The translations under genes and the position numbers were made by a program. The notes under the pieces were generated by a model. That model was not told the origin of the DNA. It made no database searches and was given only the letters and a program-made list of their open reading frames with translations. Positions 27,352 to 36,589 of a DNA stretch of 36,589 nt are shown here, in pieces. The stretch is from Streblomastix strix. Lineage: Eukaryota. How positions within the stretch are numbered: position 1 is the first letter of the stretch; every line of letters starts with the position of its first letter. Where the stretch lies: assembly GCA_008636045.1 (NCBI GenBank), contig SNRW01000041.1, positions 1 through 36,589 of the forward strand, in the 5' to 3' direction.

Positions 27352-27767
27352 CCTTTTAAAAGCGAAAATATAATATAAATTATAAAAAATAAATAATACT
27401 CAATTATAATTATAACTATAAAGTGCATTCGCTTCTGCTTATTGTGAGAAAATTGTAATTTATAAAAAACAAATAATAGCTCCGTTGATTAATCACAAAT
27501 TATTATATTAAAATAAAATATAGAATATTAACAAAATTGCACTTAAATTTATTGTGTTAATTTGCAGTAATTATTGAAACCTGTAAAACACGTTATATTG
27601 TTACTTAAATTATATAATGTATATAGAAATACATTTATATTAATTTGGTATAGTCGTGATTCAACAAGAAAATGCTAAATATAGCCTCTTTATCTCTTAA
27701 ATTTAATGCCCTCTTTTCAGATTCAAAAAATCGAGCATAAAGCAGAACCAAAAAACCATGTTATCAT
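27352..27767. promoter_or_regulatory. Putative bidirectional promoter region between CMS1 (-) and the H/ACA snoRNA (+)
   Basis: About 416 bp of very AT-rich non-coding spacer between two divergently oriented genes. Positional inference only; no specific element identified. Confidence 0.35.
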
Positions 27768-27895
27768 TGCTACTCCATCAATGCGCTTATGGCTTATCCA
27801 TCTGCGCTCTAAGCAAGTAGCATATAAATAGCACACACACCATAGGTTGTGGCTACCAAATATCGCAGCCTACAATTTTGTTGTGCCAAAGATTT
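27768..27895 (+). ncRNA. Box H/ACA snoRNA (hairpin-hinge-hairpin-tail), predicted 18S rRNA pseudouridylation guide (snR83/SNORA4-like target)
   Basis: Hairpin 1: TGCTACT 27768-74 pairs with AGTAGCA 27816-22; upper stem GCGC/GCGC plus ATGG/CCAT; internal pocket between. H box ATATAA (ANANNA) at 27822-27827. Hairpin 2: GCACA 27831-35 with TGTGC 27882-86, and TAGGTTGTGG 27843-52 with TCGCAGCCTA 27863-72. ANA tail box (AAA 27888-90 or AGA 27890-92) then a T-run. Pocket 1 strands CUCCAUC and CUAAG pair around the conserved 18S motif CUUAG-UU-GGUGGAG. Confidence 0.8.
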
Positions 27896-28190
27896 TATTA
27901 ATTCTGCATGTTTTGAATGTCTTAATAGTGAATTTTGAATAAATAATTACGTAGTAATGCTTGTAAAATTACTTTCTTAAGAGATTTCCAAGAGGTAAAT
28001 GAATAAATTTAACAAATATATTGAGTAAAAATAGAAAGAAAATATGTATACTTTAGCTTTTTTGATTGTTTTATTGCTTAATTTCACTTTCACCTTCATT
28101 TTTATCATTATATTCATTTTATTCATCTTCATTATCTTCCTTTCTGTTTTAATTTCATCATATTTTTATGAAATATTTTATTTTTATGTG

Positions 28191-30827
28191 TCACAACTAA
28201 TCTTCATCAATATTATTTTATTCTTCGATGTTATTCTAATCATTTTAATCTATATTTTCACCATCTTAATTATCATCATATCTTTCAGCTGAACAAACTT
28301 ATTTTGCATTAATTTCCTCAAATTCTCCATCTTGTTCAATTTATTCTTCAACTTTTTTTATCATTGGGAATATCAGCTATGCTTTAGACATGATTTTATC
28401 TCTATCTTCCTCATCCCAATATTAATAATCTTCAATCATTTCATTCAGACATTTATCTTTTGTCAGAATCTCTATTTACTCTTTGTGTGAAATTGTTATT
28501 CTCTTTCTGATTGTATCAGATCCAAGTTTAAGAAAAAGAAGAGCGAGTTGAAGATATTAGTCTAATTAATATGGATATTGGAAGTCACTAAACATCTTCT
28601 TTTCAAGTTCTTTAGTAAATATGATATCATGATTATCTATATATAAAATAATAATAATAAAATATTGTTATTTAATAAAATAGGATTAATATACATGGGT
28701 TTTCAGCAAGAAGGGCAATGTCATCTAAGTCCTAACTAGTTTCAAGCTCAAATATAACTTCTTTTTTGATATCAGGAGGAAGTGCATGTGCCTTGAAAAG
28801 ATTTGCTAAAATTTATGCAATGTATTCGTGAATGTATATATCTTCTTCTGTTTTGAAATGTAATTTCAACTTTGCAATTGTTCCATCCTTTTCTAATTAA
28901 TGAATATATGGATGCAATTCTCCTTCTTTCAATTCTTTCGTTACTGCTGTAATGATGTTAAATATTATTTGCGATGTTTTATCTCTTACATCTTTATCTT
29001 CTGAACTAATCATTTTAATAACTGACTAAATAACTCCTTTCTCATAGAATCTTTTCTTCTCTTCAACTTGTAGATTCCAACATAAAGAAGCAAATGGAAG
29101 AAGATGCCATTTATTGATTATTGTATGAGAAAGTGAATCGAGAATATGAATATAATGATCGATGAAGTTAGATTCATTAATTAGCAATTGACTAATTTGC
29201 GAATTATCTCTTGCCAATAATTGCAAAATCAAGTCAATAATAATCATTTTTCCTTCGCCGTCATCTTAAATCAAAGTTTTTTCTAAAATTTCATCTAATT
29301 TCTTCATCAATCCGATTTAAATCAATTCTTTTAATCCTTATTCATTTCTTCTTTCCACTGTTTTTCTAATTAAAACTAATTCAATCATTGAATTTTTATC
29401 AGACAAAGCACTTTAGAGTAGTTTCACTTAATCTTTATTATATTTTTGATTATTCAATATTTCTTTAGATACGGAATTCTAAATTTATTATTATGTTTCT
29501 AATGATCCAAAGATGAATAAATTAAAAAGTAGAATTAGTGACTATTATGTTAAATCTGTATTCAATCCTTCGTCTTTTATTTCTTTCCTATAATAATAAA
29601 AACAATAAATATTTTTAATATCAAATAAGTTATTTTATTATTATATTAAACTTTATCCAGTAAAATGCAGTTTCAATAGCACCTCCAGCAATAATTAATT
29701 TATGATTATCTGATAATAATATTATTATGCAAAAAAAATATTGATAATTTGTGAAAAAATGTAAATATTATTTAATATAAATAAATTATTTATCTTAAAT
29801 GATACTATTATATTATTAAAACCCTGATTTATAGCTAGGAATGAAAGAGATTTTAAAGAGATCTAACAATTTAAATAATTATTATTTCCCTATTTAGCTT
29901 AATCACAAAATTGTCTTAAAATTTATTGTTAGTGACCAGATGAGAATTAAATTCCATATGGATAAAGATTGTCAAGAATCTCCCATGCTAAACTCTTATT
30001 CCAATTATCAAACTATTCATTCATTATCAAATCTTCAATTAAAATCTTTCCTAATTGTATTTATTCCAATTCATACAGATAAGGGTGAATATGAGTTATT
30101 TGAAGTAACTGATATAAATTTGATTAAGAAGGAGAAAATGAATTAATTTCTTATATCCATCCCTTTCGAATAACTAATTAAAATGATAAGAGAATTTATC
30201 TTTAAACATCTTGATTTGCACTAACAAGTACTGGTGATAATAAATGAAATTTTCCTGCTTTTAATAAGTAATTGCTTTATGATACAGAAATATGTTCACA
30301 AATATTTTGCATTGCTTTTGCAAACTCAAATGTGATTTGTTCAATTGGAGTTCTATTTATTAAATCAATTATTTCAACAATTAGGCCTGATTCTATCAAA
30401 TTATCAACAAAATTTTTACCTCTCAGTTTAATGCAAATAAACTTTTTAATAACATTTTCTATAATATCTTTATTAATATTCTCTATCTCTTCAGGGATTC
30501 TATTTTATTCTTGATATTCGATTGATCTCACAACTTATAAAGCATTAGAAAGTTTCTTGAATAAATCTAAAGATCCTAACTTGGACTTTTCAAGGGATTA
30601 TATTAATAATTAAATTCATTTTAGTTATTGAAAAGAAATGGTCTTGTTTGATGGAAAACTACAATTTTAATCGAGATAATGATCTGATGAATTAGTGTAT
30701 TACTGTTATGAAATAATTTAAACTTAAGATAAAGAAGAAATTTTATCTTGTTAAGAAGATTAAACTGAAATTAAATGAAAAATATTAAAATTTGTAAGAA
30801 AGTCATACAATTTTCATTATTCTGCAT
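28191..30827 (-). CDS. Multi-exon ARM/HEAT-like helical-repeat protein with acidic tail; one in-frame TGA near the N-terminus (possible pseudogene)
   Basis: Candidate ATG 30825-30827, intron ~30765-30808 and further introns at ~29.7-29.8, ~29.6 and ~28.65 kb. Two related modules: HPYLYELEQ..LSFLAINQ|DNHKLII and HPYIHQLEKDGTIAKL..LFKAHALPPDI..IALLAENP|YNHDII. TGA at 28191-28193; internal TGA at 30616-30618. Confidence 0.65.
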
Positions 30828-31240
30828 TGTTTAAATATTTTTCAACTGAAAAAATATTAAAATTATATAAAAAATTATTCAAAATATTTAATAAACATCA
30901 ATTTAGTTTAAGATTAATAATATTAACGCCTTATTTAGCAATTTTATTTTATTGGATAATAATAAATCCCCAATTCTTCACCGCATTTAAGAAGATTTTC
31001 TGAGTCTTCAATATGTATGCGCTTTATTATATATATGTTTAAATTACATATAAATAAACATGATTTAATTCGAGGTTATATAAAAAGAAGCGTGTTAATA
31101 TAAAATATACGAAAACATTTGAATGAATCAGTATTTTGCTATATATTGCATCTAATTTTTTTAATTGTATTTCGTGTAAAATATACCAATCCAGATCAAT
31201 TTACAAACATTAAATTTTTATTGTAATAATCTTATTTTTT

Positions 31241-32323
31241 AGGTTATTCAATGTTTTGCTTGTTTTCGGGCTTACTGCTTTGAACGCTATAGTTCCACTC
31301 CAAAGAAACGATGTGCAAAAATTTCCAATATATACAATTGAAAGTGGAAACATTCTCACAGATAATTAAACAACCATCTTGGTGCAAATCAAAGATCTTA
31401 ATGATACTACCTTACGATTTTAACCAGACATTGATGGTAATCTTACCATTTTCCCAGATCTTAACTCACTTAACTGGTAAATAAGTGAATCATATGATAC
31501 AGGTTTTGATGTTGGTTCAGAGCAATATGTAAACTTTGGCTTTTTTGACTTCCAAGCAGCTGTACTATATGTATACAAGCAAGTGAACATTGCACCGTCA
31601 TATTGGCATTTGTATGAGTGCCAACCAAGATATGATGAAAATGGTACTGGTATTTTCTCTGCCTCTGGTACTACTGTCTCAGATTGGTCTAAGATTACTT
31701 TTATTCCTGGAGTAGTTGATGAAGTATGTTATGGAAATTAGCGATCATCATAGAGTTTTGATTGCAAAACATCGAATACGACATGTTAATTTGGAGCAGA
31801 TACAATTGCAGACCATACATATGGGAATGATCTTTTGATAGCATAAGGAAGTAAACTTGATGCAGCTGGTCTGAAGTTAAGAATTGCGAACTTCGGACCA
31901 GTTTATGATATAGCAAATTGGCGTGTATTCTATGGGTGGGATGATGAAGATTTCCTTTACCTGAAACGTTATAATGGTGGTTTTGGAAAAGGATAAGAAT
32001 CCAATATAGCAATAAATGATTATATAGTCGCATATCAACCCATTGACTGTTCGACTGAAATTGAAGAAACAACATCTGCAGAAGAATGTCAATGTCCTGA
32101 ACCAACTGATGCAGCATATTCAACAGACCCAAGGACTCAATTAGGAGGTATTTGTTATGTGGAACCTGATGATCCATCACCAGATGATCCATCACCAGAT
32201 GATCCATTACCAGATGATCCATTACCAGATGATCCATTACCTCTTGATGGATCTGGATATACAAGAGCTGCTTGGACTATAATTGTTGTTGTGCTGTTGC
32301 TTCCTCTGCTGTCAATGTGGTGA
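31241..32323 (+). CDS. Predicted secreted/GPI-anchored surface protein (~360 aa) with a Cys module and DDP(S/L)P stalk; start codon position reads AGG
   Basis: Open table-6 frame 31241-32323: signal-like LFNVLLVFGLTALNA, beta-rich ectodomain, DCSTEIEETTSAEECQCPEPTDAAYSTDPRTQLGGICY, five DDP(S/L)P repeats, then GSG and a hydrophobic end AAWTIIVVVLLLPLLSMW with TGA and no cytoplasmic tail. Confidence 0.75.
32168..32242 (+). repeat. 5 x 15-bp coding tandem repeat GATGATCCAT(C/T)ACCA
   Basis: Directly visible: two DDPSP units followed by three DDPLP units, with no spacers. Confidence 0.95.
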
Positions 32324-32499
32324 ATCTGTTAGAAGGAACATGAGTATGTGATGGCGATCCATTTGATTCCACACAATTATTTTTAACTAATAACTTTTTT
32401 AATTGTAAAACACTAGTAATAAAAACTATATATTTATTCCTAAAATCATATTTTACATTTTATGTTTTTTATTGATTGAAATGAAAAAAGAAAAATAAC

Positions 32500-33647
32500 A
32501 TTGTCAAACATTGGGAGGTGTGACAGTTGCAAATGTTGGAGTAAATGTCATTAGCTCAAATTGCTAGTTAAATTAAATATAAATATTGTTATGAAAATTT
32601 TGATATCAAATCTAGTTATAAAATAGTTAATGGTTTTGAGTAATTTGAAGCCACTTAATACTGTTGGAATAATGAAGTCAATGGGTGTTGATAGTAAGAC
32701 GAATATGCTAAAAGAGATATAACTAATAATATTACAGAAGATGATTTTGAATGGATTAGATATAAAGTATCTAATGAAACATGCCATCTCTGCCATAATA
32801 AATTTACTAAAGAAATTTGACCTACATTAGATTGAATAGATAATGCAATTAATCGTACAAAATAAAATTGCTAATTAGCTTGTAAAATATGTAATACAGT
32901 AAATGCTGATAGAGATAATGATATTGGCAAATTAAAGATATAACTAGCGAAATATGCTATCTACAAAATTTGTCTATGACAATTAATAATGAATCTGTAT
33001 ATAATATGTTAAAGAAGTATATGCAAGATGGTTTGTTTAAAGTATATCATCAATGTAATTTAAAAGGAATCACACGCATCAACCAACTTAGATACAGTCA
33101 TATTACTAAAACAATAGCATCATTTGATACCTAACATATAACTACTCACATTCTTGACTTAGATTGCTACTCTTTTTATTCTTCTGTATTTAGTGGTATT
33201 TCCAACAAAAATAATCCATACACATGCCATAGAATATAGTAGCCAGGTGAATTAACAGAGTACATCAAATGCTCCTCATATCACTCAAAATGGATAGCCA
33301 AAGAAATAGTAATGAGTGCTGATAGATTTACAGAAAGGGAATAACTATTTTGTGTCAAAATTATAGGCCATATTGATGAAAAACTCCACATTTCAAATTT
33401 AAATTTAGCACCGATATGGAGGAAATTAACATACAACAATTCCGTAGAACAGATTGGTGAGTTTATGTATAATAAGATGCTGTCATAAGGTCTAACTGTC
33501 AACAAATCAACAACAAAACTAACCTCATTATTATCGATAAATAATCAATTTATATGCTTCACCAGCTATATTTTAAGGTTCATGATTGATTATTGTAATC
33601 TCATTATTGATGACATTGATTCAATATCATTATTCGATAAACACCTG
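32500..33647 (+). pseudogene. Truncated, decayed fragment of a protein-primed family-B DNA polymerase (HNH-like insert through motif A region)
   Basis: Aligns by eye to the reverse complement of ~34835-35960 (MSLAQIASQIKYKYCY, CHLCHNKFTKE, THILDLD, LFCVKI, MIDYCNLIIDDIDSI). In-frame TGA at 32818 and 32833, frameshift near 32965, abrupt end at ~33647. Confidence 0.85.
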
Positions 33648-33876
33648 GTAATGATATATATGGACGGAACAACAGACTACTAATTATACAGCGCTAATTG
33701 TACTCATAATCTCCACTCCAAATCACATTTACAACTAAGGCACAATTCATCAATGTAATGTGTAAATGATGTGGACAATGCTAAGCATATGCATATGACA
33801 AAATGAACATAATACATTAATGTAATGAATAAATGATGAGAATAATTTTATACAAATACCTATGACACATCTATTA

Positions 33877-36589
33877 TCAAAAAATAATCTAATATTCCTC
33901 AAATAAGAAATGATCAGCACTTATTCCATACATAAATGGAGAACAACATCAGTTAGCTAATACAACCATTTTATTATGTATCCCAGTGAGTGCTGGTTTT
34001 TCCATGCTAATCATTGACATTACACCTATTTTCATCTATAAATTATTGATGATTGCATTGATGCTACATCTATCATTCAAACATTTAATATAATCATTAA
34101 TTGTTAAATTAGCCTTCTTTTCACTTACACCTTTCATCCTATTCACCAGTGCTACTATGTCATCATTTCATTGATTTCTGTTGTATAGACTATAACATTT
34201 AGGTGCTAGACAGACGATATTTTCTCCTTATGATTCAGTTGTGATATCTATAAATTTCTTCTCCTCAGCAACTGTGCAATCATTCCAAGGTAGCCATTTT
34301 TTGTGATGTAAGTCAAAGAACCCCTAATCTTTAATAAAATACTTCGAGCCTTATTTATATCCTTCAATTAATGATCCTACAATAGCTAAATACATTGAAT
34401 CAGCATCCATATTACAGATGTGAACTCTATCCATATCAATACATTTATTGAGGAAGTTATATACAAAATTTAGATACCAAAATTTACTATCGTCTAATGT
34501 GAGTACAGCTTCTTGAAGAGGCATATTATACTTAAATTATCTAGGTGATTCACTAACCATATATTATGATTCTTCAATAACCTCACCGTTAGAATTGTAT
34601 GTATCGTCGTTTAATTTTCTTGTCGCTTTATTACACTAATTTAATTATTTGATTGATGCAAGTCTAGATTTGTTAAATGATATCTTATCAAACTTTGCAT
34701 TATTTTATCCTTCTACTCCAAAGGCACTATTTAGAATTTATTTGTAGTATAGCTATTTTGTGTCATTATGTTGGATAATTGCTTCCTATCTTTTCTTCAT
34801 CATTACAATGGTAAATGATTCAAATCCAAATTGTTTATCGAATAGAGCAATTGAATCAATATCATCAATAATAAAGTTACAATAGTCAATCAAGAACCAT
34901 AAAATATAACTAGTAAAGCACATAAATTGATTATTAGTTGATAGCAATGATGTTAATTTTTTGTAGCTGATTTATTAACAATTAACCCCAATGTTCTCAT
35001 GTTATTGTACATAAATTATCGTTTCTGTTCTTTGAAATTATTTTATATCAATTTTCTCAATGTTGGCGCTAAATTTATGAGTGAATTAATATGTTTTTCA
35101 TCAATAAGACCTTTAATTTTAACACAGAATAGATACCCCTTATCTGTAGACCTATCATCACTCATAACTATATCACCAGCTTTCTATTTTGAATTGTTAG
35201 ATGTACATTTGAAGTAGCTAATTACTCTACGTGCTTTATATATTTGATGATTTGTATATGGGTTATTTTTGTTGAAGATACCACTAAATGCACTTGGATA
35301 AAGAAAGTTGAAATCTAAATCAAGGATGTGAGTAATAATATGTTGGGTATCATAAGATATTGTTGTTTTAGTTACATAATTATATCCAAATTTGTTAATA
35401 AGATTGATACCTTTTAAATTATATTAATGATATACATTAGACGGTCCATATTACATACATTCCTTTAACATATTATGAACGGATTCATTATTAATTGTCA
35501 TAAACAAATGTTCATAAATAGCTTACTTCATTAATTGAATCTTTAATTAACTAATATCATTATTTTTGTCTGCTTTAATTGTATTACATATTTAACAAGC
35601 TTATTAACAATTCTATTTTGTATGACCAATTGAATTATCAATTCTATCTAATGTAGGTTTGTTTTCTTTAGTAAATTTGTTGTGACATAGATAACATGTC
35701 TCACTAACCAGCTTATCTCTTATTCAATCAAAATCATCCTCATTAACATTATAATCTGTGTCTCTTTTTGTATATTCATCTTACTACCTGTACCCATTAA
35801 TTTTATTATTCCGCCAGAATTAAGTAACTTCAAACAATTCAAATCCAATTACTACGTTATAACTTGCATTGATATCAAACTTTCCATAACAATATTTATA
35901 CTTAATTTGACTAGCAATTTGAGCAGGTGACATACAACCTTACATATCAACTTTCTCTTCCTACGTAATTTGAATAAGATGATTGAAAGGGTAGAGCATA
36001 CAAATAACATCCCTGATATTATAGTACTTTAGATACTTCCATCTATTTTCAAAATTGATTGAATCCTTATTATAATATTCATAATCTTCATCAATAATAT
36101 TCTTATTATTAAGTTTGTCATAAAAGTCTTGCTTAGCAAACGGTGTTGTTTATCCTAATATTTATTCATTGTTATCATAATTGAATGATCCAAGAGGAAA
36201 TATAACCATTGTTAATTTTATGCTTTTAGTTCCGAATTTCTCATCGAATTATTTTAATGTGAAATTTGGTGGAATGAATGATAATATATCAATAAATCTC
36301 AAATCAAAATCATAATCCTAATGTGATACAATTGTCTATTTTGCTAGAATTGTTGATTCCATATGTTAAATTTTAGTCTTATTAATAATTAAATGTTTGA
36401 GTAACAAATTCATATCAAACTTCTTAGAATTGAATCCAATAACTGATACTTGAGGCTTATATGGCTTGTAATTCTTATAGTTAATTGTAACATCAGATTT
36501 ATTTAACTAATTAGCATCATTAACTTTAATAGCCACTTCAAACAATTAACTTATCCATTATTCAATAAAATCAGTTCCATTTCGTAAAT
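33877..36589 (-). mobile_element. Protein-primed family-B DNA polymerase gene of a Polinton/endogenous DNA virus-like element; 5'-partial at the window edge and inactivated
   Basis: Table-6 translation: ExoII VIGFNSKKFDM (~36412-36447), LRFIDILSF, ExoIII YLKYYNIRDV, motif A ILDLDFNFLYPS (~35292-35327), motif B YKQILNSAFG (~34718-34747), motif C CNMDADSMY (~34390-34416), LAPKCY, RMKGV. No introns seen. Premature TGAs at 35724, 34168 and 33949 and a frameshift at the T-run 34957-34962. Confidence 0.88.

Noticed and set aside
32168..32242. CRISPR-like array
   Set aside because: Contiguous 15-bp in-frame units without spacers, in a eukaryotic CDS, with no cas genes.
31701..32264. 187-aa minus-strand ORF with VMDHL repeats
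   Set aside because: Antisense to the surface-protein gene; the repeat is the reverse reading of DDP(S/L)P.
32340..32540. Terminal inverted repeat or target-site duplication of the PolB element
   Set aside because: No recognisable terminus; the + copy is an internal fragment and the other end lies outside the window.
32800..35730. TGA recoded as Trp or read through in the PolB element
   Set aside because: One TGA aligns to TGG in the other copy, but others align to Lys and Arg codons, and both copies have frameshifts and damaged motifs. This is decay.

Overview
AT-rich eukaryotic (protist) genomic DNA read with the TAA/TAG=Gln code (table 6; only TGA stops) and short AT-rich GT-AG introns, so the supplied standard-code ORF track shows only fragments and antisense shadows. 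The code, intron style and gene families suggest an oxymonad such as Streblomastix, but that is inference. Left to right: the 3' ~12 kb of a giant intronless midasin-like AAA+ protein ending in three VWA domains and a GATase-like domain; a spliced UDP-glucuronate-4-epimerase-like gene with long extensions; an ARM-like/coiled-coil/SPRY-like gene; a UBL-UAS-UBX (FAF1-like) gene; AMPK/SNF1 alpha; CMS1; a two-hairpin box H/ACA snoRNA head-to-head with CMS1, whose 5' pocket fits the 18S site guided by snR83 in yeast (the snoRNA functionally tied to Cms1); an ARM-like repeat gene with an internal TGA; a GPI-type surface protein; and two convergent decayed copies of a protein-primed family-B DNA polymerase with an inserted HNH-like domain (Polinton/endogenous-virus-like). 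All translations were done by hand; splice boundaries and some starts are approximate.
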